Below are positions 1 to 9,414 of a stretch of DNA of 64,000 nt, piece by piece. Each line of letters begins with the position of its first letter. The first letter of the stretch is position 1. The translations under genes were made by a program, and so were the position numbers. The notes under the pieces are model-generated. The model made no database searches. It was not told where the DNA came from and worked only from the letters and a program-made list of their open reading frames with translations. Source of the stretch: Diplonema japonicum (Eukaryota; Protista; Euglenozoa: Diplonemea); contig OZ025724.1 of NCBI GenBank assembly GCA_964019335.1, forward strand, positions 124,001 through 188,000, given 5' to 3'.

Positions 1-1314
1 TGGGAGCGGCCCGCAGTGCCCGCCCTCATAGAGCTTTAACATTTGCTGTTTTGCGCTTCGGATTTTGAGCTTCAACTTCTCAAGTCGTTGTTGTCGATTT
101 GTTGCCGCCCCAACTGTCGACTCCGTAGACCTCGCACTCAGCTCCGACTTCGTAGGCTCCCGAACCTTGCCTCTCCCGGTGTATACGCTGCGCACCGGAC
201 CCACGTATCCATGTAGTAGGTACTGCTCCGCGAGGTCTGCTATCTCCGAGAACGCTTCGGTGGGCTTCTGCGCCGTAATGAACTCACGGTATTTCGACTT
301 CTGCATCAGTGTCTCCGCTACTCCGGTGGGTGCCCTCTTGGTCTTCGGTATCTCCTGCGGGACGGTGTATCTTAGGACTTCTTGTCGGAAGGCTGGGATG
401 TTGAGTGTTACCGACAGGCATCGGTGGTCCGACCCGGAGATAGCCTCGTTTACTCCACAGTGTTCGAGCCCCTGGGCCGCGATGTTGTTCAACAGTACCC
501 TATCCACCCGCGTACTGCAGTTGGTTCTGACAAGCGTGCTCTCTACCTGCGCTCCATCCCTCCGAGCACAGAACGCAGCGGCGTCTACCCAATCCGTCTG
601 TAGAGCCCTCCTTAGCGTGGCGGAACGGGTTTCGTCCGTGTTGAAGTCACCCATCACGGCCACCGGCACGTCTCCCAGCTCGAACTTGAGTCGGTGTAGT
701 AGGTAATGGAGAAGCTCCTCACGGTACTTCGCCTTCGTCGGGTCTTGTCCTGAGTGGCAGTATACATTCACCAAATGAAGCCATCGCTTGTTCCCATCAA
801 GTGAGATTTTCACGTGTGACCATCTGTCCTTGTGCGGCCCAGCCGTTTCACAGACCACCGCTGTCCGTGGTTTTTTCACAAAGATCCCTAGTCCGCCCCG
901 CTTCGCTATCGTCAGAGACGTGACACCCTTGGTCTCCCTCCCCGGCTGAGGTTTGCTCCAGAATCTGGTGTATTGTTTGCCCCAAACATCATCTCTCAGC
1001 ACGTGTTCAATCTCCATCTGAGTCTGTGCTGTGAGGGCAGTTTCTTGGATGCAGAATGCGTCCGGGAGGACAGTAGAGTACTCACCCAGCCGGTTGTTTA
1101 GTGCTGAGCCGTTGTGTGTGAAAATGGTGAAACTCTCTGGTCCTGGCTCTGGTCCGGGGTGGGGTTCGACACCTTGTTCGATGAGGCGTTCAAATTTCTT
1201 GTCAGATAGGCGTATCGGATGTATTTGGATGGACGGGAAAGGGGGGGAGGGAATGGGTTTGAAGGGTGGGTTTGGGGGGAGTTCCCCTGTAGTCACTGCT
1301 CGCTTTGCTCGCAT
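1..1314 (-). CDS. LINE ORF2, N-terminal part (2A-like peptide + AP endonuclease), partial
   Basis: Manual translation from the ATG at 1314, open to the window edge (absent from the ORF track because no stop is reached). APE motifs: FTHN, CIQET, GGLGIFV, NVY, VMGDFN, TRVDRVL, SDH. Confidence 0.9.
   Translation of the reverse strand, partial: MRAKRAVTTGELPPNPPFKPIPSPPFPSIQIHPIRLSDKKFERLIEQGVEPHPGPEPGPESFTIFTHNGSALNNRLGEYSTVLPDAFCIQETALTAQTQMEIEHVLRDDVWGKQYTRFWSKPQPGRETKGVTSLTIAKRGGLGIFVKKPRTAVVCETAGPHKDRWSHVKISLDGNKRWLHLVNVYCHSGQDPTKAKYREELLHYLLHRLKFELGDVPVAVMGDFNTDETRSATLRRALQTDWVDAAAFCARRDGAQVESTLVRTNCSTRVDRVLLNNIAAQGLEHCGVNEAISGSDHRCLSVTLNIPAFRQEVLRYTVPQEIPKTKRAPTGVAETLMQKSKYREFITAQKPTEAFSEIADLAEQYLLHGYVGPVRSVYTGRGKVREPTKSELSARSTESTVGAATNRQQRLEKLKLKIRSAKQQMLKLYEGGHCGPLP
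1150..1200 (-). other. 2A-like (stop-carry-on) peptide KKFERLIEQGVEPHPG|P
   Basis: GVEPHPGP lies immediately upstream of the APE domain. It is a variant of the D(V/I)ExNPGP consensus, in the position where 2A-like motifs occur in L1Tc/Ingi-type elements. Confidence 0.65.
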
Positions 1315-3512
1315 CCGCGGCACTTTACCCTATTGCAGTCTAATATTATGCAGGACTGTGCTGGGTTGTTTTTCGTGATATTCCCGTTGCAGTAGTGGCA
1401 CACCCCCTTCCAGTATTGGTATGTCCCGTTGTAGACGTGGCATATGCCTTTGCCCAGGCAGTCGTTGATGTCGGTGCCCTCATCTAGGTCGATGTCGGTG
1501 TCATCGTCAGTCGGGGGGGGACCCAAGTCATCCTCCGTCTCCATGTCGTCGTTTTCTCCTTCCTCGGTTAGCGAACGGGGCTGGTCCTTGTCCAGTCTCG
1601 AGATCGTCGCCTCCGTGAGGGCTTTTATCTGCTCGGTGAGAGCTGCCATCTGGGTGCGCATCTGCTGGACCTCCCCTCGCAGCTGCGCGTTCTCTCTCCG
1701 CAGTTCGATCACTTCCGCAGATGGCTCGTCGTCTCTGCTCGGTTCCCCCGCCAGCTTGCGGATCGCATTTTCGATTGCTGTGAGGCGGTCTTCCACTCCC
1801 GGGGTACCTGATTTTCCCGTCGCTGTGGGCGCCTTCCCGGACTTCAGAGGGGCAGTCTTTTTCGGGGGAGCGGTCTTCTTCCCTGTAGCAGGTGGTTTGT
1901 GGCCGGGCTGGGTGGACCCCGTCACTGCGCCTAGGTAGGATTTGCCTGTGGCTGTGGTCCCTGTCTTCGGTCTTCCCCAGGACTGTGCAGTCGGTGTCTT
2001 TTTAGTGGGCGGGCCCCCCATGTCGGGTGCTATCCTGCAGTGGAGGATCAGCCCTGTCGGGGATGTGATTCTCAGCGTCGTGGTAGGGGGTTTGCCTCCC
2101 CGAATGTACCAGCACCTCCCGTCGTTGCTCCAGCCGCCGTGTAGAGGAACGGCATCCCATTTCATGGTCCGGAGTATCAGTTCCACGTGCTCCACACCGC
2201 ACTGTCCGTACAGGCCCGTCAGACGCCACCTCGGCTCCCCATGTTGTCCGCGCTGTCGTTCATCCTCGCCCAACACCTTGTCAAGGAGCGCGGTCTTCTC
2301 CCCCTCCGACGTCCTCACACCGAGGCGGCAGTCCGACTCACGAATCGCTAACCCCTGCTTTTCCGCTTCTGCCAATTCGAGCGCTTCCTTTAAAGTGGTT
2401 TCCTTCGGGAGCCAAGCGACGGGGGATCTCGGCACATCCTTCGGTCTAACGAAGATCCCTCCCCTTCCGGACGTGTTCACGAATCTGTCGAGGCTGCTTT
2501 TCGGGACCGTCACCAGTACGTCTACCCTCGGGGTCGGACCCTCCACGATCTTGTCGATCCTGTGGATTGTCTTGCAGTTCAAGTCCCGGAGGAGCTTTCG
2601 GGGTTGGGAGGTTATATTCTCCCACGTCTGGGCCGAGGCGTGCGCTTTCGAGAAGATAATCGCGACCCGCGCGAATCTTGCCCCCAGGTTGATGTCCACT
2701 GTGTCACTTGATGTGCGCATGGCAATCCTCCCGCTCACTGCCAGCAGGAACATCTTCCTGTTCGTGAACTCTCCTTCCGCCTTGAGTACAACGTCGTACT
2801 CATCCCGTCCTGTGCCGCGGCGCTTCAGGATGAGCGCTTTGTTCCCGTCCCATGCCATCTTCTCGGCCTCCTTCACGTTCTCCTCGGTTGCGATGGCAAC
2901 GCCGTCCTTTCCCGCCACCAGCTCATCCCACGTCACGAAGGGCTGGTCAAACTGCCCTTGCTCCAGGGACCAGCGTTTCGCTGCCTGCGGTTGTTTCTGC
3001 GGCGGTTTGCTGCTCGGCCCTCTCCAGGCTCTCGCCTCGCCGTCTGAGGTCGGGATGCCTACCCGTGGCAGCTTGAACTCCTGCACTACTTTCTTCAGAA
3101 CGTTCACGTTGAACGGTTCTGACGCGTTGAGGTAAGCCCGGCCGTCGAAGGCGACGTGGATGGGCAGCTTTTTGGACTCTCCCGAGATAGGGGAGACTGT
3201 GAGGGCGCCGTTTTCGACTGCCATTAAGCGGATGTCGATCTTCCATGCGCGGGCGGTGGCCTGGATGGTGACCAGGTCGGCGGCGGTGCCTTCCTTCGCG
3301 TGCTGGGTGCAGTAGGCATCGTAGTCCCCGGTGACGTTCACCCGGTATTCTTCGCTCCCTCGCAACTCCTGTACCATGCGGCGTCTAATGTCGCTCCCCT
3401 TCTTCCCCGTCTTCTCCCCGACCACTCCGTAGAAGGAGTTCCCGTTCCCGTTCCCGTACGCCCTCCTGTGCGCCGTCATCCCGAAGCCCTTCATTGCTTT
3501 AAAGATGTCCAT
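1293..3512 (-). CDS. LINE ORF1: N-terminal OTU-like domain (catalytic residues lost), coiled coil, acidic tract, C-terminal Cys/His cluster
   Basis: 772-codon ORF (open from 3611, first ATG 3512). OTU-like segments: GNGNSFY, IRRRMV, YDAYC..HAKEGT, IHVAFDGRAY. Coiled coil ELRRENAQLRGEVQQMRTQM. C-terminal CHYC..C....C....CRGC. Confidence 0.8.
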   Translation of the reverse strand: MDIFKAMKGFGMTAHRRAYGNGNGNSFYGVVGEKTGKKGSDIRRRMVQELRGSEEYRVNVTGDYDAYCTQHAKEGTAADLVTIQATARAWKIDIRLMAVENGALTVSPISGESKKLPIHVAFDGRAYLNASEPFNVNVLKKVVQEFKLPRVGIPTSDGEARAWRGPSSKPPQKQPQAAKRWSLEQGQFDQPFVTWDELVAGKDGVAIATEENVKEAEKMAWDGNKALILKRRGTGRDEYDVVLKAEGEFTNRKMFLLAVSGRIAMRTSSDTVDINLGARFARVAIIFSKAHASAQTWENITSQPRKLLRDLNCKTIHRIDKIVEGPTPRVDVLVTVPKSSLDRFVNTSGRGGIFVRPKDVPRSPVAWLPKETTLKEALELAEAEKQGLAIRESDCRLGVRTSEGEKTALLDKVLGEDERQRGQHGEPRWRLTGLYGQCGVEHVELILRTMKWDAVPLHGGWSNDGRCWYIRGGKPPTTTLRITSPTGLILHCRIAPDMGGPPTKKTPTAQSWGRPKTGTTATGKSYLGAVTGSTQPGHKPPATGKKTAPPKKTAPLKSGKAPTATGKSGTPGVEDRLTAIENAIRKLAGEPSRDDEPSAEVIELRRENAQLRGEVQQMRTQMAALTEQIKALTEATISRLDKDQPRSLTEEGENDDMETEDDLGPPPTDDDTDIDLDEGTDINDCLGKGICHVYNGTYQYWKGVCHYCNGNITKNNPAQSCIILDCNRVKCRGCEQSEQ

Positions 3513-3624
3513 GGCTGATGCGTCTGGATCGCTGATGTTGATGTTTACGATGCAGATACTGATGTGATGCTTGCGTTCTCCTCTCCTTTCTTTTCCTTCA
3601 CTCCTTTGCACTAATCCCGAGACT

Positions 3625-3795
3625 TTTACACTTCTTAAACCTATGCACTTCCGTTAAACCTTACACTTCCGTTGAACTCCGTTAAACCTTACACTTCCGT
3701 TGAACTCCGTTAACTTTTATACTTCCTTCAAACCTTTACACTTCTTTTAAACGTCTACACTTCCGTTGAACCTTGATGTCGCGTTCTTTACTTCC
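3625..3795 (-). repeat. Degenerate tandem repeats in the LINE 5' UTR (core GGAAGTGTAAGGTTTAAC on minus)
   Basis: About 8 copies of (ac)acttc on plus, including a near-exact 28-bp duplication acacttccgttgaactccgttaaacctt. Confidence 0.8.
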
Positions 3796-3824
3796 AATAT
3801 TTGTATTTTCTTTTCAAACCGTTA

Positions 3825-3862
3825 CAATAAAGTACAGAAACTGTAGCTTTAGAATCGTTGGT
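3825..3862 (-). ncRNA. Spliced-leader (SL/mini-exon) exon copy, 38 nt, without SL intron
   Basis: Minus strand reads ACCAACGATTCTAAAGCTACAGTTTCTGTACTTTATTG. The CAGTTTCTGTACTTTATTG core is the conserved euglenozoan SL 3' half and the ACCAACGATT start is diplonemid-type (recalled, not searched). It is followed by TAACGG, not the GT donor of an SL RNA gene. Confidence 0.9.
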
Positions 3863-3919
3863 AAACAATTGGTTGGTGGAACAAAAATAAATATGGAGCC
3901 CGGGCCATTTACAATTTCC

Positions 3920-4070
3920 GGATGCCAAAAACTAAAAAAAACCATTCTAAAAAGCATGTTTTTGCACGCGCGTTTTAGAAATGAAACAAACGGCGCGCGC
4001 ATTGTGACCTATATGGTGAACACACCTAGACCGCAATTCTGCACACAAAGTGGTCGGACTACTTTTGTAC
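3920..4070 (-). repeat. Fragment of the MITE-like element also at 39955-40622 (inverted)
   Basis: Reverse complement matches 39970-40115 (aaaaccattctaaaaagcatgtttttgcac...gtcggactactttt). Confidence 0.8.
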
Positions 4071-4478
4071 TTAGAAATCTCCGAGGAGCTTCCGTTGCAA
4101 AAGAGGGTCATTTGTTGACATTCTTTTCCGGGCGCTACCGGTGATGACCGACAAGGTCAACAGCGAACAACACATCTGATGTTCTTCTTATATTTTCATG
4201 TTATCCCCACCACCTGAAAAGAAAGAATAACTCGAAAGGGGGGGGGGGGGGTACAGGGAAGAGAAGCGCTCCGGTAACGTCATCAAGAACGCAGTTAGAA
4301 AGAAAGGTATTTTATTAAGAGAAGAAAGAATTGAAAAAAAAACTAAGAGAAACAAAAAAGAAAAAAAGAGAGACATTTAAGGGTACCTGCGGTGTGTGGC
4401 AGGACGCCCTTTTTTTTTTTGGAAGCCAAAAAAGAAAAACTAGGAAGGAAAAAGAAAACTCGATAAAGCCTCAGGAGA

Positions 4479-6416
4479 TCAGCAAACGATGCAACACTCT
4501 TTACTTTTACAGGTTGCTTGCTTCACAGGAGGACCCCAGGACCTTGTTGGTATTCTTGGTCGCTCTTCCTGTTGTGCCGGTTGCTCCTCTTGTGCCGTCT
4601 GCTCCACTTGCTCCTCCTGTTGTGCTAGCTGCTCCTCTTGTTGTGCTGGCTCCTCCTCCTGTTGTGCCGGTTGCTCCTCTTGTTGTGCTGGTTGCTCTTC
4701 CTGTTGTGCTGGCTCCTCCTCCTGTTGTGCCGGTTGCTCCTCCTGTTGTGCCGGTTGCTCCTCCTGTTGTGCTAGCTGCTCCTCTTGTTGTGTTGGTGGC
4801 GCCTCCTGTTGTGCTGGTTGCTCCTCCTGTTCCTGTTGATGTCCCCATAGTCTGAGGAATTCCACAACATCTTTCCTGTGTTCCACTGGGGTCCCTGAAA
4901 GAAAACAGCTGCCGACAGTGGTGACATTGCGAAGGGGGTTGAGATCTACAGTTCTCAAAGAGCTGCAGTTCTTGAGAAAGCTGTCACCAAGATGCTGAAC
5001 GTTCCGCAAGGGGCTCAGATCCACAGAAGTCAATGATTCACAGCGATAGAGAAAACTATCACCTATATTTGTGATGTTCTGGAGAGGACCCAGATCCACA
5101 GAAGTCAATGATTCACAGCGATAGAGAAAATTATCACCTATATTTGTGATGTTCTGGAGGGGACTCAGATCAACAGTTTTCAAAGAGCTGCAGTTGTAGA
5201 GAAAACCATCGCCAACTGACTGAACGTTCTGCAAAGGACCCAGATCCACAGAAGTCAATGATTCACAGCCATTGAGAAAATTGTGTTCGAACCGTGCGAT
5301 GTTCTGGAGGGGACTCAGATCAACAGTCGTTAGAGCTTTGCAGTTGCAGAGAAAATAGCCCACACGGGATGCAGAAGTAAAGGTGTTGCGCAGGGGGCTC
5401 AGATCGATAGATCTTAACGAAACACAATAAAGCATGAAACCCAAGTGGTTCATACTGGTCACATTCTGCAAGGGACTCAAATCCACAGAAGTCAATGATT
5501 TACAGCGACTGAGAAATAATGCGCCGACGGTGGTGACATTGCCAAAGGGGCTCAGATCAACAGTTTTCAAAGAGCTGCAACCATAGAGAAACCAGCCCCC
5601 AATGGACTGAACATTCTGCAAAGGACTCAAATCCACAGAAGTCAATGATTCACAGCCACTGAGAAAATCACGTCCGACGGTGGTGACATTGCCAAAGGGG
5701 CTCAGATCAACTGTCTTCAAAGAGCTGCAATCTCGGAGAAACTCGCACCCAATGGACTCAACATTCTGCAAAGGACTCAAATCCACAGAAGTCAACGATG
5801 TGCAGTTCTCTAGAAAAAAGGAGCCGACGGTGGTGACACTGCCAAAGGGGCTCAGATCAACATTCGTAAGAGACTTGCAATTCTTGAGAAAACAGTCCCC
5901 AACGGACTGAAGACCCTGCAAGGTCGACAGGTCCAAGGTGACGAGTGAGGAGCCAGACAAAAAGGAGTCCCCAATAGAGGTCGCACCGTCGCTCAGGGTC
6001 CACACCTTGAGGTGACGAAGCTTTGAGGGAAGCTTGCTTGTGAGTCCATCATCAAGACAGTCCAGACCAGTGACATCCACCACAAGAAGAAGCTCAGGAT
6101 TCTCCTCAAGATGTCTTTCAACATCCTCTTTCAGACGCGAGAGGTCCACATGACTGACATCAATTGTTTTATAAATACTGAACAAGAGAAGCTCGCTCCC
6201 CTGCCCCATCCCCAGCTGCTGTATCTCCTGTTCCCCACCGCCAGATGTCTCATTATCCAAGACCACACCTTCGAATTGTAAGTGGAATCTCCCCACCTCC
6301 ACTGCAGAAGCCTCAGCCGCCTTCCTGTACAAGTCCTTCACCCTGTCAAGCCCAGACAGCTCCACCTCGTGCACCACATCCTCGTCGACAGTCCTGATCA
6401 ACACTGCGAGGCTCAT
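4479..6416 (-). CDS. Ubiquitin-like + BspA-type LRR protein with QQEEQPA repeats and C-terminal CC-aaX (copy 1, intact)
   Basis: Ubl-like N-terminus (LIRTVD..VKDLYRK..FHLQFEGVVLDN..LGMGQGSELLL). About 15 25-aa repeats SLTSVDLSPLQNVxSIGxxFLxxC. A 7-aa Q/E repeat follows and the protein ends ECCIVC. Confidence 0.9.
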   Translation of the reverse strand: MSLAVLIRTVDEDVVHEVELSGLDRVKDLYRKAAEASAVEVGRFHLQFEGVVLDNETSGGGEQEIQQLGMGQGSELLLFSIYKTIDVSHVDLSRLKEDVERHLEENPELLLVVDVTGLDCLDDGLTSKLPSKLRHLKVWTLSDGATSIGDSFLSGSSLVTLDLSTLQGLQSVGDCFLKNCKSLTNVDLSPFGSVTTVGSFFLENCTSLTSVDLSPLQNVESIGCEFLRDCSSLKTVDLSPFGNVTTVGRDFLSGCESLTSVDLSPLQNVQSIGGWFLYGCSSLKTVDLSPFGNVTTVGALFLSRCKSLTSVDLSPLQNVTSMNHLGFMLYCVSLRSIDLSPLRNTFTSASRVGYFLCNCKALTTVDLSPLQNIARFEHNFLNGCESLTSVDLGPLQNVQSVGDGFLYNCSSLKTVDLSPLQNITNIGDNFLYRCESLTSVDLGPLQNITNIGDSFLYRCESLTSVDLSPLRNVQHLGDSFLKNCSSLRTVDLNPLRNVTTVGSCFLSGTPVEHRKDVVEFLRLWGHQQEQEEQPAQQEAPPTQQEEQLAQQEEQPAQQEEQPAQQEEEPAQQEEQPAQQEEQPAQQEEEPAQQEEQLAQQEEQVEQTAQEEQPAQQEERPRIPTRSWGPPVKQATCKSKECCIVC

Positions 6417-6852
6417 GTTTTTTGGTTTAGCACCTCGGTTGGTTTTGTATTTTTAAGGTTTTTGCTACTGCAGACGAAACAATTGTTAATAGGGGGGGGA
6501 GGTCACTGGGTGAGACAAAGAGATAAAGAAACGCGAGAAGGGCAAGAATTTGCGGTTTTCTTCTCGCCTTTTGCATCACTTTTCAAGGTAAATTGACCCC
6601 CTCAGAAGTAAATCCCACAAGGTCTTGACGACGTTGTGTCAAAAAAAGGTGAACATTTCAATGAAGAAGCAATGATGTGGTAAAAGCATAAGAAAGATGT
6701 AAAAGCAACATAAGTAGGTATTAAACAAGAATCGTATACTGCAAACCAATCGTATTCAGTCGGAAGGGTTTGGTTCTTGCATGATTGAACGCTGGAATTC
6801 CGGGTTTTAGAGTTATGGGTGCGTTCAGACCCTCGCCTTAAAAAAGAAAATA

Positions 6853-8286
6853 CTGTAAAACAAAATTACCGGAAGATAAAATGTCCGGAAGCTCTGGCGG
6901 TCCGAATATTTTTTCTTCCGGACATTTTTTTCCCGGGACCCCCCCTTTTTTTTAAAGGGCTGGACCCGAAAACAGATGAAACTAGTGTCTGTAGCAAAAG
7001 AGAAATCAAACGAAAATCAGAGAATTGAATTACGGACTTTTCCAGATCCTGATTGTTCGCTTCCACCACAAGCTTGTTGAACCGAACCACTTCTTGTGCT
7101 TGCTTTAGGCTTTGCGGGTTTGCGTCATGGAGCCAATGTCCAGTATATCAAATGGAAGCACCGCTTTGGTAGCTCCAAGGTCGATCCCCCCGCCGCACCC
7201 TGTTACTGCGGGTCGCAAGCCTCTTCTGAACAAGGAAGAAACAACAAAGCTCTTTGTTTGGATCCAGGTTCAGAACGGAAGGGGGTGCCGGTAGCAGCGT
7301 CGGACATCTGCCTGTGTGCAGAGGGCCAACCAGCTGTGCCCCAAGCATGGCATCACAAGCCGCCGCCCAACAATAGGGAAGTCTAGCAGCCCCAAAGACA
7401 CCCAAGCAGCGAGGAGGTTCACAGGGATTAGGCCGGTTGACCTGGAACATGGACCAGCTGCTGCCGCTGGGAAGAAGACGAAAAGGAGTCCCAAGGTTGT
7501 CAAGGTTAGGAGTTTGCGACAAGCACGCCGTCACCGGACAGTTTTGGCAAACCCGGGTTAATTTACACGGGAAAAACAGAACCAGCTCGCGGCAGGAAAT
7601 ACCCCGGGTCCGTCCCTCGTGTTGCACACACCCCCAAAACGCTGGAGTTTAACAGCCAGGAAACGCTTCGGCTCGGTAAAAGATTTGTTTCTCCCCTTTG
7701 CTACAACCTCATTGATGACTACAATGTCCATACACCACGCAGGCTTTTGTGAACTTGTTTTCAGAAACAAACGTTCACTTAGCGTTTGTCCCCCAGACCT
7801 CACCTATTTGTGCCAGCCCAAGACTTACTGAGGCCGAGGCCGGGCGCACTGCGAAGGCAGCAGACAAGACGGCCAGACGTGCGGACAGGTAGCGCTTTCC
7901 TCGCCCCTTTTTTAGTTTTCTTGGTCGAGAAAAGTACTCTCCAACCTGCTGGGACGCAGCCATTGAAGGGTGCTTCTCACCTGAAGATATTCCCACCTGC
8001 AATATCATTTCAGTCACCTGAAGAGGTCAGCACCTGGAGGGGTCGCGGGATATGTCCTTCCCCTTTTTAGAGCATGCAGCTTTCGTCTGTTAATTTGAAT
8101 TTTATTTTTGCCGTTCTTAAGACTCTTGCAGCAGAAATATAAGTTTTCCAGACAGAGGGTACAGTGCGTAGGACAGGCTAGGTACCCCCTTAGAAAAGTG
8201 CCCCAAAAAAATGTCCAGAAGAAAAAAATCACCGGATGTTTCGGCGGTCCGGATATTTTATCTTCCGGTGGATTTTTGTTTTACAG
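6853..8286 (+). mobile_element. Degenerate pogo/Tigger-like (Tc1/mariner) DNA transposon
   Basis: TIRs CTGTAAAACAAAA..ACCGGAAGATAAAAT and ATTTTATCTTCCGGT..TTTTGTTTTACAG, flanked by TA on both sides. Frameshifted remnants: GRKPLLNKEETTKLFVWI..GVPVAASDI (CENP-B HTH-like) and WNMD (first DDE Asp region). Confidence 0.75.
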
Positions 8287-8314
8287 TAATTTATTAATAA
8301 TAATATGGGGAAAA

Positions 8315-9025
8315 CACTGTTCACGGTAAGCAAATAACTTTTTTCCACCATTTTCCAACCTAAAATCTTTTTTCCACCAAGTACGGTAACCTGCAACTTT
8401 TTTTCCACCGTTACTGCAACCACCAAGTTTTTTCCTTATGCAACTACAAACTTTTTTTCCACCATCCACGGTAATCCTTATCATTTTTATGTTTGATCTG
8501 ATGTACTTCTCCACCCCCCCGCCCCCCTTCTGCCTGTGAAAACGTGAAAGATGGCCTCAAGCCACCAATCGTGACAAAGTCACAAATAGGCAGGCCGGCG
8601 AAGAGGAAGCGGAATGAGGGGGAGGGGAGAATGTGCAACCTGCAGGAACCCCCATTTCTCAACTGGTGGGGTTCAGTCCCAGTCACTCCTCAAAGTTCTT
8701 CCCGACCTTGAGGTACTCAGCGACTAGGTCTGACGTGTCTTTGAAACCTTGCGGGCCACAGCGCAGATGTGGACACAAGGTATATCCCAAATACCGAAAA
8801 TGCAAAAAAGAATCCTAAATTTCGAAAAACTAAAAATGAGAAGGTTAGGAAGGTTTCATGGGAGAGTGGAAAAAAAGTTATAGGTTACCGTACTTGGTGG
8901 AAAAAAAGTTCCATACATACATGGTTTAGTGGAAATAAGATTAGGTTACCGTGGACAGTGGAAACCTTATTAAAAAAACCGTTTTGGTGGAAAAAAAGTT
9001 ATGACTACCGTACTTGGTGACTAGT
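8315..9025. mobile_element. Foldback/MITE-like element with sub-repeated inverted arms
   Basis: Left-arm units aactttttttccacc / ccaccaagtacggtaacc (8335-8480) are mirrored by ggttaccgtacttggtggaaaaaaagtt (8865-9020). Confidence 0.65.
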
Positions 9026-9414
9026 TTGGCGCTCCATTTGTTTGTGCGCACGAGCGGTCCACTTATGAACACGCCCCCCCCCCCCCCCCCCCCCCCCCTA
9101 GGGCTATGCTGGCATGGAAACGCGTTTCCATGCATTTTTTGAAAAAAAGGGAAACGGAAACGGAAACGTTTCCCTATTTTGGGGCCGTTTCCTTGGGGCA
9201 GAAACGTTTCCTTAATTTTTGGGGGTTTTAGAGGCTTATTTTTTTGGGGGCAAATCACTCGGAAGAAATATACGAGACAAAGTGACATAAGTTAGGAGGG
9301 TGCGATCTTCCGGGGTGTTGAGAGCGGTCTCAGTCTTTCGCGCGCTCGAGTCGCTTACCTGGGGTGCCGCCGGGGTGATGACCGGCTCAAACTGGCGAAA
9401 CTCAGCCTCAGGGT

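Larger units (their letters stand above)
1..3862 (-). mobile_element. APE-type non-LTR retrotransposon (LINE), 5' part; two overlapping ORFs, runs off the window start
   Basis: ORF1 (1293-3512) is followed by ORF2 carrying an AP-endonuclease. The 5' UTR is repetitive and the element starts with a spliced-leader exon at 3825-3862. Confidence 0.9.

Noticed and set aside
1444-3135. Long plus-strand ORFs opposite ORF1, and similar antisense ORFs over other genes
   Set aside because: Shadow frames of GC-balanced minus-strand CDSs, with no independent motifs.
3825-3862. Functional SL RNA gene
   Set aside because: No GT donor, SL intron or Sm site follows the exon, and there is no tandem array.
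4540-4840. CRISPR-like or other regular repeats (also 27590-27795, 36370-36720)
   Set aside because: These are coding tandem repeats (QQEEQPA, PDTPA, ATTAP) without unique spacers.
9099-9240. taggg.. terminus with ggaaacg palindromes as a hAT-like element end
   Set aside because: No matching opposite end or transposase was found in the window.
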